A program made the translations under genes and the position numbers. A DNA stretch of 64,000 bases, taken from contig JAGFCA010000005.1 in the NCBI GenBank assembly GCA_022394755.1, forward strand, positions 94,313 to 158,312, given 5' to 3'. This document shows, in pieces, positions 1 through 10,418 of this stretch. Below the pieces are notes generated by a model. It did not search any database, had not been told where the DNA came from, and saw only the letters and a list, made by a program, of their open reading frames with translations. Every line of letters starts with the position of its first letter. Position 1 is the first letter of the stretch. Origin of the DNA: Candidatus Poribacteria bacterium (lineage in GTDB: Bacteria; Poribacteria; WGA-4E; WGA-3G).

Positions 1-1
1 A

Positions 2-421
2 GAGAAAGGTAATGAGGATGGATGTATAGGTACACAATCGGGGTTATTCTCTCCAACCTTATTCGACAGAAAGTGGCATCATATCGTCTATACAAATCAA
101 ATAAGTCCACTGAATCCTCACGCATTTGATGATACACTTCATTCCAGAATATTTATTGATGGATCTCTTATTTTAGATGAAAAGAGGTTTAGTGCAGATG
201 GTAGTATTTTCAATCCATTTAAGTCTGATATTTCCCTTGGTGCACAAATCAACGGTGAATCGAAAGACTTTTTTGAGGGAGATATAGATGAAGTACGTAT
301 CTATGATCGAGCCTTATCAGAAAAAGAAGTAACACAAAATTATGAATCCGACAGGGGATTAGTTGTTAAACCTATGGATAAATTATCAACTGTATGGGGA
401 TCGTTGAAGATGAATAACTAA
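2..421 (+). CDS. LamG/concanavalin-like domain protein, C-terminal part (5' partial)
   Basis: Manual translation of frame 2: ...KWHHIVYT...IFIDG...FFEGDIDEVRIYDRALSEKEV...VKPMDKLSTVWGSLKMNN*. Not in ORF track because the start lies outside the window. Confidence 0.85.
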   Translation, partial: EKGNEDGCIGTQSGLFSPTLFDRKWHHIVYTNQISPLNPHAFDDTLHSRIFIDGSLILDEKRFSADGSIFNPFKSDISLGAQINGESKDFFEGDIDEVRIYDRALSEKEVTQNYESDRGLVVKPMDKLSTVWGSLKMNN

Positions 422-466
422 GATAACGTGAGTTTGAAAAGTCAGATTTCATACTCGGCTAAACCG

Positions 467-486
467 CTTCGTTTAGGAAACCGAAG
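467..486 (-). repeat. REP-like short palindrome
   Basis: Minus strand CTTCGGTTTCCTAAACGAAG shares TTCGGTTTCCTAA with 37240-37261; lies between convergent genes. Confidence 0.5.
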
Positions 487-492
487 TTACCT

Positions 493-1548
493 TTACTTGA
501 CCCTTCCCCACATTACTTTTTTCTTGCCTATCGGGGAGACGGATAGTACATCATCGCTAATCCAGTCCACCCAGTAATCACTGCCCGGATGTTCTGTGAG
601 CCGTGTCATATCGCGTGTTTGAATATGATACTTGTAGATATTCGGCGGTGGGAACTCAAAATCATGGGGTAGCGGTTTGTTCAAAGGGACGGCAGCACGC
701 GCGCTAAAAACGATAGATTTACCGTCATCCATCCAGTCAACGCAAAAACATTCCATACCCTTCGGTACAGGCAGCGATCTGATGTCTCCTCCGTTGTGAT
801 TATATATCATAATCCGAAACGCCTTGTAGAAAGGTCCTTCAAAACGGGCATTCGGTAGACGCACGGTTTTCCACTCCATTTCGACATACACAATCTGTTG
901 ACTATTAGGCGACCAGCGCGGAGATTCACGACGGATCGTGAATTCTCCGTCAAAAAACGCTACGGGTATCAGTGGCTGTAAATTTATACCATTCGCTTCC
1001 ATAATCCAAATCGTATTATTAACACCAATCGTCCAAGGTTCAGCACATATTATATGCTTGCCATCTGACGACCAATTATGTTGGATACCCCAGAAATCCG
1101 AGATCTCTTTCATCTTTCCCGTTTCTATATTGAGTACGACGGTGCAGTCTTTCGGCTTGTTGGGAAACTGAAACCATCTATTAAAAACGATAAATTTGCC
1201 ATCAGGAGAAAATGAAGGTACATTGATACGACTATCATCAATTTCTGTGATTTGACGAATGTTTGTACCATCTGGATTCATCAAGTAAATAACACTACTG
1301 TTTTGCACAAATCCCTTAAATGCAATCTGGCTACCGTCGGGAGACCAAATGGATGCGCGGGGACGAAACTCGTCGGTAAGCAGTGTCTGGTTGCTGCCGT
1401 CATCATCCATTACGTAGACCCCACGAATACCATCGCGTACTGATTCGAAAACGATTTTGGCTGGGGCTACGGTTGACGCAAGTAGTATCAGTAACAAACA
1501 CTGCATCATAACGTAATGTTTTTTCACGGTTCTGCTCCTTAAAAACAA
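493..1548 (-). CDS. Secreted TolB-like (PD40/WD40-like) beta-propeller protein
   Basis: Signal peptide, WSPDG/FSPDG/WSPNS repeats, C-terminal VSPIGKKKVMWGRVK; true start may be a few codons downstream. Confidence 0.85.
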   Translation of the reverse strand: MFLRSRTVKKHYVMMQCLLLILLASTVAPAKIVFESVRDGIRGVYVMDDDGSNQTLLTDEFRPRASIWSPDGSQIAFKGFVQNSSVIYLMNPDGTNIRQITEIDDSRINVPSFSPDGKFIVFNRWFQFPNKPKDCTVVLNIETGKMKEISDFWGIQHNWSSDGKHIICAEPWTIGVNNTIWIMEANGINLQPLIPVAFFDGEFTIRRESPRWSPNSQQIVYVEMEWKTVRLPNARFEGPFYKAFRIMIYNHNGGDIRSLPVPKGMECFCVDWMDDGKSIVFSARAAVPLNKPLPHDFEFPPPNIYKYHIQTRDMTRLTEHPGSDYWVDWISDDVLSVSPIGKKKVMWGRVK

Positions 1549-2253
1549 TGGCTGGAGATATGCCCCTGTCTACTAAAGTTAAACTGTAAAATAATGTTAG
1601 AAAAGGATACCTATATTGAGTTGGTTTTTAGTAGATTTATGTATTGTAAATGTTCAACAATTTTTTATCAAGATTTGTTCTTGAGCGGGTGTAAAGTTCT
1701 TAGCACCATCGGTATCAATAATTAAATGAAAATATTGAAAAAATAAGCATCTAAAACAACTAACATACACATAAGACGAAAATAGAAGCACACATTTAGA
1801 ATATCTATAAGACAGTAAATAAAATTTAAGATTAGAACACAAACTAACAACCATCAACACGATCAATTGAATGAGTATTTAGGATCAATGGTCTATTTTT
1901 TCCTTAATCTATCTTTATATTATTGTCAAATGTCTGTTTTTTATCTCTTTTTACGATAAGAAAAATCATTTATTAAAAGTATTTTCAAGATCAACTATAC
2001 AATACTAACCAATTAGGTGATGTTACAACCTATCGATCTAGTATGAAATTCACATAATCAACTTAAGAAAGAAGAATTCATGTCAAGAATTATATCCCTG
2101 CCACCTATGACAATTTCATACAAGTAAAGCACTTTTAATGTTATAATGTATACTATCAGTTATTCACATTAAATTGGAAAGACTTCCAATAAACAAATCA
2201 TACCATTGAACGTCTTATATTTAAGTTTATATTAAGGGTAGGAGGCTATTAAT

Positions 2254-3570
2254 TTGCATAATTTAAAACCGGTAATATATCGGCTATCTGTTTTTTCTCT
2301 AATACTATTTGCTCAAATATATGCCAATGCAAGCGACTGGCCAAGTTGGAGAGGTCCAAATCAGGATGGCACATCAGCAGAAACTGAGCTCGTTTCAAAT
2401 TGGTCTATAGAGGGAGAAAACCTTCTTTGGAAGGCTGATTTTATGGGTCGTTCAACACCTGTGGTTTTGAATGACAGGGTTTATGTAATAGGACGAATTG
2501 GTAAAGACATTACGCAACAAGAACGTATCACATGTTTTGATGCAAAAACTGGTGATGAAATTTGGAATTACCAGTTAAACGTTTTCCATACAACAATCAC
2601 ATTCAACAGGGTTGGCTGGACAAGTCCTGTTGGGGATGCAGAAACTGGAAACATCTACATACACGGTATTCAAGGACTCTTTATCTGTTTTGATAAAGAT
2701 GGGAATATCGTTTGGTCACGGTCACTTACAGAAGAGTATGGACGGATTTCTGGTTATGGTGGACGGGTTCATACACCTATTTTAGCAGGAAACCTTGTCG
2801 TTGTCAGTTATCTGAATGTTGGTTGGGGAAATCAATCAATTCCTCGACATCGCTACTTCGCTTTTGATAAAAAATCCGGAGATCTAATTTGGGTTTCAAC
2901 TCCTGGTGGAAGACCTTTGGATACAACTTACTCGACTCCTGTGGTCGTTGATATTAATGGACAAATGCTCATCATTGGTGGAAATGCTGATGGCAGCATC
3001 TATGCAATGAAACAGACTACTGGTGAAATGGTATGGGGTTTCAAGTTAAGTAAACGTGGAATCAATACTTCTGTTATAACCTCTGGCACTAAGGTTTACG
3101 CAACACATAGTGAAGAAAACTTGGATAGTACTGAAATGGGACGAATTGTGTGTATTGACGCAACTGGAACAGGAGACATTACAAAAACACATGAGTTATG
3201 GCGGCATGATGCAGTCAATATTGGGTATGCATCACCTACTCTCAAAGAAGGAAAACTGTATGTCGTAGACAATTCTGCTAATATGTATTGTCTAAATGCT
3301 GATTCAGGGATGGTCTTGTGGGAACATAGTATCGGTACAGTAGGAAAAGGTTCACCTGTTTGGGCAGACGGGAAGTTATTCGTTACTGAGGTGAATGGAA
3401 AGTTCCATATTCTACAACCCAGTGCAGATGGGTGTGAATCCCTTAATGTACAGGAAATCACCCGAAAAGATGATGATCACTATGCCGAAATATACGGATC
3501 ACCAGCAATATCAAACGGACGGGTCTATTTCACTACTGAAGAGCATATCTATTGCATAGGGAGAGAATAA
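2254..3570 (+). CDS. Secreted PQQ-binding-like (BamB-like) beta-propeller protein
   Basis: Signal peptide followed by DWPSWRGP; repeated SP/TP..FD..TG..W blades. Confidence 0.9.
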   Translation: MHNLKPVIYRLSVFSLILFAQIYANASDWPSWRGPNQDGTSAETELVSNWSIEGENLLWKADFMGRSTPVVLNDRVYVIGRIGKDITQQERITCFDAKTGDEIWNYQLNVFHTTITFNRVGWTSPVGDAETGNIYIHGIQGLFICFDKDGNIVWSRSLTEEYGRISGYGGRVHTPILAGNLVVVSYLNVGWGNQSIPRHRYFAFDKKSGDLIWVSTPGGRPLDTTYSTPVVVDINGQMLIIGGNADGSIYAMKQTTGEMVWGFKLSKRGINTSVITSGTKVYATHSEENLDSTEMGRIVCIDATGTGDITKTHELWRHDAVNIGYASPTLKEGKLYVVDNSANMYCLNADSGMVLWEHSIGTVGKGSPVWADGKLFVTEVNGKFHILQPSADGCESLNVQEITRKDDDHYAEIYGSPAISNGRVYFTTEEHIYCIGRE

Positions 3571-4523
3571 TGAAACGTATGAATTTAACAATAGAATTTA
3601 AAAAAATCTCAATACTATCCTTTTCGCTGTGCATTGCCTTCGCTATGAGTTTTTTCCTTATTGGATGTGCAAGCAAAGAGATCACAGTATCAGAATTAAG
3701 TACAGAACCTGCAGTAGATCTTCTCCTGATACCCGCTGAAACTACAACTGCTGGTGAACCTGTCCAACTCGCTGTTATTGGTTATGATCAAAATGGTAAA
3801 CAGACAAGTGCAATTGGTTCAGTTATATGGAGTTTAAATGGATTAAAGGGTAGTCTTCAAGAAAATCTATTCACTCCGAATTTGAGCCATGGGGCACAAG
3901 CCGGAACTGTCGTAATACAATCAGGTGAAATCAAAGCAGAAGCACGGATCCGTGTGATTCCTCCTTTACCTTGGAGCGAAGACTTTGAAAATGTTGCACT
4001 TGATAAAGCACCGTCACACTGGATAAGTGCTACTGGGAAATATTTCGTTAAAGAAAAAGGTGATAACAAGGTATTGGTCAAAACACCAGTACAACGCGGA
4101 TTAGATAAGTCAAACGTCTATATCGGTCCACCTACAATGAAAGACTACCAGATACAAGTCGATGTGATGGGAACAAGAGACAAACGTAGAGTGCCAGATA
4201 TGGGGTTAATTGCAAATCGATATACATTAGATATGCAAGGTAGACAACAACGTCTGCAAATACGTTCTTGGGCGTCTGATCTACGGATGGCTAAAACCAT
4301 TCCATTCTCATGGGAGACAGATGTCTGGTATACAATGAAACTGAAAGTAGAAATAAACGACGATAAAGCAATGATTTATGGAAAAGTTTGGCGAACTGGA
4401 GACGATGAACCAGAACAATGGACGATTACAACAGAAGACCCATTGCCAAATAGAGAAGGAAGTCCCGGCATCTATGCTTACTCCGTTTCCGAAATCTATT
4501 ATGATAATCTAAAGGTATGGTGA
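3570..4523 (+). CDS. Lipoprotein with Ig-like and C-terminal lectin/LamG-like beta-sandwich domains
   Basis: ATG overlaps upstream TAA (TAATG); lipobox FFLIGC; C-terminal WYTMKL...GKVW...EP..W...G.PG.Y...YDNL pattern. Confidence 0.7.
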   Translation: MKRMNLTIEFKKISILSFSLCIAFAMSFFLIGCASKEITVSELSTEPAVDLLLIPAETTTAGEPVQLAVIGYDQNGKQTSAIGSVIWSLNGLKGSLQENLFTPNLSHGAQAGTVVIQSGEIKAEARIRVIPPLPWSEDFENVALDKAPSHWISATGKYFVKEKGDNKVLVKTPVQRGLDKSNVYIGPPTMKDYQIQVDVMGTRDKRRVPDMGLIANRYTLDMQGRQQRLQIRSWASDLRMAKTIPFSWETDVWYTMKLKVEINDDKAMIYGKVWRTGDDEPEQWTITTEDPLPNREGSPGIYAYSVSEIYYDNLKVW

Positions 4524-4526
4524 TAA

Positions 4527-6050
4527 ATGATTTTAGAATTCAGAAGCGGTAAAAGAAATACCGCAAAATTTTCAAATAATATAAAGAATACGGTTTGCTC
4601 TTTGAAGTACATTCTCATACTCCTGTTCGGTGTAATTTTGAGTTTACAACCTCAGAATATTCAAGCAGATGCTCATTCATCAAAAGAAAAAGAAATAGCC
4701 TTATGGGGTGGTTCACTTGGTCGGAATATGGTATCGGACGAAAAGAATATCCTCTCAAGTTGGAATTATGAAACAGGTGAAAATATTAAATGGACAGCAG
4801 AACTCGGATCACAAAGTTATGCTGGACCACTCATTATTGGTGGAAAGGTATTTGTTGGAACGAATAATGAAGCCCTCCTGAATCCAAAATTGACTGGTGA
4901 TCGTGGCAATCTTGTAGCGTTTAATGAAGCTGATGGTGAATTCTTGTGGCAGATTACACACACTAAACTCCCCGCAGGTAGGGTTAACGATTGGCCACTA
5001 CAAGGCATCTGTTCAACACCATATATTGAAGGGGACAGACTCTATTATATTTCTAATAGATGTGAGGTAGTTTGTATTGATACTGAGGGATTCCGTGATG
5101 GAGAAAATGATGGACCTTATACTGAGGAATCAGAAAATAGTGAGATAGATGGAGATATCATCTGGATCTACGATATGATGGATGAGTTAGATGTTTTTCC
5201 ACATAACCTTGCGACCTGTTCTCCACTCGCTGTTGGTGATCTGTTGTTTTTAGAGACAAGTAATGGTGTTGATGAAACACATATCCACATTCCAGTACCA
5301 GATGCCCCCAGTTTTATTGCATTGAATAAAAACACTGGTGAACTTGTTTGGGAAGATGCTTCACCTGGTGAGAATATTCTACACGGACAATGGTCGAATC
5401 CAGCATATGGTGTAATAAAAGGTGTACCCCAAGTAATTATTCCTGGCGGTGATGGTTGGGTATATTCCTTTGAACCTGAAACAGGAAAGATTATCTGGAA
5501 GTTTGATTGTAATCCGAAAGATTCTGAATGGGAACTCGGTGGTCGTGGAACCCGAAATAATATCATCTCTACGCCAGTCGTTTTTGATGATAAAGTATTC
5601 TTAGCTGTTGGACAAGATCCTGAACATGGGGAAGGTGTGGGACATCTATGGTGTATTGATGCCTCTCAAAAAGGGGATATTACCTCAACTGCAGTTGTAT
5701 GGCACTTCGGAAATGAACAGTTTAATCGCACAATGTCAACAGTTGCAATACATGAAGGACTACTTTACATCTCGGATCTAAGCGGTTTTCTGTACTGTTT
5801 AGATGTAAAAACTGGAGACCTATACTGGACACACGATACTTTTGCAGCTATATGGGGATCACCCTATGTTGTTGATGGGAAAGTATATCTTGGTACGGAA
5901 GATGGAGATGTAATCATCTTAAAGACAGGAAAGACAAAAGTATTAATTAATGAGATAAATATGGGGAGCGCAGTTTACACTACTCCTGTTGCCAAAGATG
6001 GTGTTTTATATATCGTAACTCGTAATCGATTGTTTGCTATAGCTGAATAA
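4527..6050 (+). CDS. Secreted PQQ-binding-like beta-propeller protein
   Basis: Signal/TM segment, WGGSLGRNMV, IKWTAELGSQSYAGP, repeated propeller blades. Confidence 0.9.
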   Translation: MILEFRSGKRNTAKFSNNIKNTVCSLKYILILLFGVILSLQPQNIQADAHSSKEKEIALWGGSLGRNMVSDEKNILSSWNYETGENIKWTAELGSQSYAGPLIIGGKVFVGTNNEALLNPKLTGDRGNLVAFNEADGEFLWQITHTKLPAGRVNDWPLQGICSTPYIEGDRLYYISNRCEVVCIDTEGFRDGENDGPYTEESENSEIDGDIIWIYDMMDELDVFPHNLATCSPLAVGDLLFLETSNGVDETHIHIPVPDAPSFIALNKNTGELVWEDASPGENILHGQWSNPAYGVIKGVPQVIIPGGDGWVYSFEPETGKIIWKFDCNPKDSEWELGGRGTRNNIISTPVVFDDKVFLAVGQDPEHGEGVGHLWCIDASQKGDITSTAVVWHFGNEQFNRTMSTVAIHEGLLYISDLSGFLYCLDVKTGDLYWTHDTFAAIWGSPYVVDGKVYLGTEDGDVIILKTGKTKVLINEINMGSAVYTTPVAKDGVLYIVTRNRLFAIAE

Positions 6051-6248
6051 AGTAGTTTGTATTAGATGTGTGGAAAACAGGTAGTCAAGACATAAAGTAC
6101 CGGTTATACACACTCACGTTAGTTGGGGTTTCAACAGCATTGATGTTGAATTTGGCTATACAAAGTTCATTCTGAATTAACTAATTTCTAAGCACATGTA
6201 ATTGGTAATTTTAACTGAATCCTTTTGGTAGAATTATCCCTGAAATCT

Positions 6249-6273
6249 GCCGAATGCATTATATGCATTCGGC
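6249..6273. repeat. 11-bp perfect hairpin (REP/terminator/stability element)
   Basis: GCCGAATGCAT-TAT-ATGCATTCGGC in the intergenic gap upstream of 6343. Confidence 0.6.
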
Positions 6274-6342
6274 GTTGATTTGGAGTTTATCCAATATTGA
6301 CTCTATTAGAATTCTATAGGATCGGTTTTTATAAGGGTAAAG

Positions 6343-7416
6343 ATGGAGATCACAGAAAAAATAAAAGATGCACGTGCTGAATTGGACAAACATGTACGTG
6401 AAATTGTTGACTGGCATTTTAGTCCTGAAACAGGATGTCCATTCTGGTTAGAATATGCTGATAACTTAGATTTTGACCCACGAAAAGAGATCGGTGGGTA
6501 TGACGATCTAAAATGTCTTGGACATTTTGAGGACGAATGGCTACGGGGTGGACCTGTCCGTAGATGGGTGCCTAAAGCCTATGAAAACGATCCAATATAC
6601 GTTTTTGAAACTGGTGGATCAACAGGTATTCCAAAATCTCGTATCAGTATACAAGATTTTCAAATTGATTATGAGATATTTAGTCAGACACTTTCTGAGG
6701 ATAGTTTTCCTAAAGGAAGTGATTGGTTAATGTTAGGTCCTACTGGACCTCGTCGACTACGTTTAGCAGTTGAACATTTGGCACAACATCGTGGTGGTAT
6801 CTGTTTCCTCGTTGATCTTGACCCACGATGGGTAAACCAACTTGTACGGTATGGAAAGAATGAAGAGTTAGATGCATATAAAAACCACGTCATTTCACAA
6901 GCCTTAAACGTACTAAAAGCACATGATAATGTCCAATGTCTATTTACCACACCTAAGCTTCTTGAGGCATTATGTGAAAAAATATCTTTAAAGAAAGCCG
7001 GAATAAAAGGAATTTTTTGTGGTGGAACTGAGATGGACGCGCAGTTTCACCGTTTCGCCCGTGAGGAATTGGTTCCAGGTATCGACTTCATACCGACCTA
7101 TGGGAATACACTTATGGGTTTAGCAACATGTAAACCATTTGACCCAGCAGATAACTACACGATTGTGTACTATCCACCACAACCCCGAGCAGTCATAGAA
7201 CTGGTGAATCCTGAAAATCCAGATCAGAAAGTTGACTATGGAGAAACTGGTCGTGTCATGTTAACTACATTGACAAAAGAATTTTTTGTGCCTCGATTCC
7301 TTGAAAGAGACGAAGCAGAACGCGCAAAACCTATTTCTGAATATCCGTGGGATGGTGTAGAAAACCTGCGTCTACTCACCGAACTTCAAGAGAGTGTGGT
7401 TGTAGGGGTTTACTAA
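6343..7416 (+). CDS. EhpF/GriC-like adenylate-forming enzyme (LuxE/ANL-related aryl-carboxylate activating subunit)
   Basis: WHFSPETGCPFW...LDFDP, adenylation loop ETGGSTGIPK, YGNTLMG, GRVMLTTLTKEFF.P.FLERD; pattern recalled from the EhpF/GriC family. Confidence 0.75.
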   Translation: MEITEKIKDARAELDKHVREIVDWHFSPETGCPFWLEYADNLDFDPRKEIGGYDDLKCLGHFEDEWLRGGPVRRWVPKAYENDPIYVFETGGSTGIPKSRISIQDFQIDYEIFSQTLSEDSFPKGSDWLMLGPTGPRRLRLAVEHLAQHRGGICFLVDLDPRWVNQLVRYGKNEELDAYKNHVISQALNVLKAHDNVQCLFTTPKLLEALCEKISLKKAGIKGIFCGGTEMDAQFHRFAREELVPGIDFIPTYGNTLMGLATCKPFDPADNYTIVYYPPQPRAVIELVNPENPDQKVDYGETGRVMLTTLTKEFFVPRFLERDEAERAKPISEYPWDGVENLRLLTELQESVVVGVY

Positions 7417-7441
7417 AAACCTGTAGTCCAAGGAGAATACT

Positions 7442-7744
7442 ATGGACAATATTCATATTATTGAAGTAGATGATACAGTATATGATGAGACTTATACTGC
7501 ACATATCGAAAAAAATGGTGTTGCTTGGAAAGGATGGATACCTGAATTACCTACAGTCTTGTGTGAAGCTAACTCACAAGAGGAATTAATTCCGCTGTTG
7601 AAGAAAAAACTACATGAAACATTGGTAAGTGAGGATGAAGTCTGGGAAGAGAAGATTGAAGGTGATATAACAAAAGGTCATCTTGACAATCTTCGCGAGA
7701 AAGCACGTGAGGATTTACGAGCAGGAAAATGTGTTGATCTATAA
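7442..7744 (+). CDS. Putative antitoxin (HicB-like N-terminus plus DxxWxxKIExD..GHLD.L tail)
   Basis: W.GWIPELP..LCEA.S.EEL HicB-like fold; overlaps the downstream toxin-like gene. Confidence 0.65.
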   Translation: MDNIHIIEVDDTVYDETYTAHIEKNGVAWKGWIPELPTVLCEANSQEELIPLLKKKLHETLVSEDEVWEEKIEGDITKGHLDNLREKAREDLRAGKCVDL

Positions 7745-8015
7745 AACTCAAAAAAGTTTCTGGGATTTTTACTATGCTTTACCAAAAGTAATACAAGATC
7801 GAGCCGATGAAAAATTTAAACTCTTGAAGGATAATCCACAACACCCATCATTACGATTGAAAAAAGTAGGTGAAGATTGGGTGGTGCGAATCAATAGGGA
7901 TTATAGAGCGTTAGCTATTGAAGAAAATGATAATATAGTTTGGTATTGGATAGGTAAGCATGATGAGTATATGAAACTTATTCGAGAAATTGAAGAAGTG
8001 TATATCTATAAATAA
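7731..8015 (+). CDS. RelE/ParE-like toxin
   Basis: GTG start after AGGA; FWDFYYALP...LKDNPQHPSLRLKKV...VRINRDYRAL...WYWIGKHDEY. Confidence 0.8.
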   Translation: MLIYKTQKSFWDFYYALPKVIQDRADEKFKLLKDNPQHPSLRLKKVGEDWVVRINRDYRALAIEENDNIVWYWIGKHDEYMKLIREIEEVYIYK

Positions 8016-8111
8016 CTATAAAACGTCTTGTGTATTCTCATCTACTTATCATTCAATAAAAGAGGTAAAAGTAAGAACTGGTTATAGTCAATAGAAGGGG
8101 ATGGATATAAT

Positions 8112-8816
8112 ATGTCAATAAAAATAGAGAAAGTTTTTCGTTCACCCTATGCTGTACCAAACGGGTTACAGGTCACAACTGAAGGTCTGTGGGTAGTTGA
8201 CCAAATCACAGATAGAGTCATGTTAGTAGAAATCACATGTGATCACGAATACTATGTCCCAAAACATATACGAGATATACCAAGTGAATCTTCAAATACA
8301 AGCGGCATGGCTTATGGTGATGGAGCACTCTGGTTAGCTGCCAATGGTTCTGGTGATCGGTGGCGAGAAATCCGAGAAACGGATGCTAAACCGGGGGATG
8401 GTGAGATTTTCCAAGTAGATCCTTCTACAGGTAAGACATTGGGACGTTTTCCAGTGCCAGATGGAGGTGGTACCCACGGTGTTGAATACGATAATATCGA
8501 TGAAGGACACCTCTGGGTACAAACATTAAAGAACCAAGAAATCCATAAAGTCAAAATATCTGATTGGTCAATTCAACACACTCTACCATTACCTTACGGA
8601 AGAGCACACGGAACAGTTCGCGTTGAAGATGGACTGTGGGTTGTACACACATCTGAACGTGTAATCGTCAAACTTGATCTGGATGACGGAAAAATTATTG
8701 ATCAAATTGAGGTGGCAGAAGAATATCCTGAACCACACGGATTATCTATTTATAATGATGATTTTTTATACTGTGACGCTTCATCAGGATGGGTCGCACA
8801 GATCAGTCAATCATAA
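8112..8816 (+). CDS. Glutamine cyclotransferase/Vgb-like small beta-propeller protein
   Basis: PNGL..T.EGLWV.D, SGMAYGDGALW, PHGL repeats; no signal peptide. Confidence 0.55.
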   Translation: MSIKIEKVFRSPYAVPNGLQVTTEGLWVVDQITDRVMLVEITCDHEYYVPKHIRDIPSESSNTSGMAYGDGALWLAANGSGDRWREIRETDAKPGDGEIFQVDPSTGKTLGRFPVPDGGGTHGVEYDNIDEGHLWVQTLKNQEIHKVKISDWSIQHTLPLPYGRAHGTVRVEDGLWVVHTSERVIVKLDLDDGKIIDQIEVAEEYPEPHGLSIYNDDFLYCDASSGWVAQISQS

Positions 8817-8825
8817 ATATATCAG

Positions 8826-10259
8826 TTGAAATTGGAAAACAATCCTATGCAACACATCCCTATATTACGTGCTGGACTCACATATCGAAGTCTAAATACT
8901 GTTACTGTATCTCATATTAAAACAGGTGATCCGTTAGTTGAAGTTAGTCAAGCGAATCGAGGATTAATTGCAAAAGATCTAATTGATATACCCTTACATC
9001 AGCAGATACTCAAGCAGTATTCCACGATGGAATTAGTATCTATCTGTAAAGATGCTGCACGTCATTTTACATCCTCAGAATTACCACTTGATGAAAACAC
9101 TCAATCCTCAACGGATTATATCAAACAGGTATCCGGATCAACAGGTATGCCAGAGGCCCTCTGTCAGCAGAATATGGGTAAGATCCAAGGGGTATTAGAA
9201 AACATAGATGCAGTTTTGGATGGATTGACTCGAGGATTAGATCTGAGAATACTTGATGATGGTTGGGGAGACCAAAATGGACGAACTCTTAGTTATGTCT
9301 GTGAGACAAACTCCCTTGGAGCAATATTACCCAGCAACTCGCCAGGTGTCCATTCACTATGGATTCCTGCATTTGTGCTGAAAGTTCCACTTGTCTTGAA
9401 GCCAGGTCGTGAAGAACCATGGACACCATATCGAATTGCACAAGCCTTTATAGAGGCAGGGGCACCGATGGAAGCATTTAGTTTTTATCCAACTGATTAT
9501 TCTGGTGCAAATGAAATCCTTGTTAGATGTGGAAGGTCAATGTTATTTGGTGGCGGTTCTACTGTGGCACCTTGGGTAAATGATCCGCGTGTCGAAATAC
9601 ATGGACCTGGAAGAAGTAAAATTGTCATTCATAAAGATACAAATTCAGAAATAGAAAATTATCTTGATCTTATTGTAGAATCGGTATCTAAGAATGGTGG
9701 CAGATCCTGTATTAATGCCTCGGGTGTATATGTAACTGCATATGGTAGAAATATCGCTGAAGCTATCACCGAACGAATTTCAAAAATACAACCGAAACCG
9801 CTCGATCATCCTGAAGCAGGGATAGCTGCATGGGCGAATCCAAAAGCTGCTCACGGTATTTCATCACTTATTGACCGACATCTAAAACAATCCGGTGCAA
9901 TTGAGCTAACAACTGGAGATCGGGTTATAGAATTAGATGGTTGTACTTTCCTCAGACCTACCGTTATATGGTGTGAAGATTCTGAACATCCATTAGCAAA
10001 TATCGAATTTCCTTTCCCATTTGTTAGTGTTAGTGAAGTTCCAGCATCTGCAATAGTAGAATCAATTGGCGAGACATTGGTAGCAACAGTAATCACGGAT
10101 GATTCCAAACTAACACAACAGTTGTTAGATACACCATTAATTGATAGATTGAATATAGGTACAATTCCAACAAACCAAATTTCATGGGATAGTCCTCATG
10201 AGGGCAATCTGTTTGAACATTTATATCGACAACGCGCTTTTCAGAAGACAAGTCGTTGA
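8826..10259 (+). CDS. Aldehyde dehydrogenase-fold acyl reductase (GriD/EhpG/LuxC-like)
   Basis: LPSNSPGVH, LKPGREEPWT, HGPGRSK, catalytic NGGRSCINASG, EFPFPF; start may be ATG 8847. Confidence 0.8.
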   Translation: MKLENNPMQHIPILRAGLTYRSLNTVTVSHIKTGDPLVEVSQANRGLIAKDLIDIPLHQQILKQYSTMELVSICKDAARHFTSSELPLDENTQSSTDYIKQVSGSTGMPEALCQQNMGKIQGVLENIDAVLDGLTRGLDLRILDDGWGDQNGRTLSYVCETNSLGAILPSNSPGVHSLWIPAFVLKVPLVLKPGREEPWTPYRIAQAFIEAGAPMEAFSFYPTDYSGANEILVRCGRSMLFGGGSTVAPWVNDPRVEIHGPGRSKIVIHKDTNSEIENYLDLIVESVSKNGGRSCINASGVYVTAYGRNIAEAITERISKIQPKPLDHPEAGIAAWANPKAAHGISSLIDRHLKQSGAIELTTGDRVIELDGCTFLRPTVIWCEDSEHPLANIEFPFPFVSVSEVPASAIVESIGETLVATVITDDSKLTQQLLDTPLIDRLNIGTIPTNQISWDSPHEGNLFEHLYRQRAFQKTSR

Positions 10260-10418
10260 ACTGCAACTATATAAGTATATTTAGATAGCCTATGAAATTG
10301 TTTTGTCATAAAGGATGTTGACCTATTTCATAAGAGTTTTTTAAAAGTAAATCTGGTAACGGACACAAAATAGAATTTAATTTATTGCCAAATTGATAGT
10401 TCTTAGGATTTCACAATT

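Noticed and set aside
1654..1866. 70-aa minus-strand ORF
   Set aside because: AT-rich intergenic sequence, no RBS or motif; probably spurious.
6343..10259. Bioluminescence (luxCE) or phenazine biosynthesis
   Set aside because: No luxAB/luxD and no phz core genes in the window.
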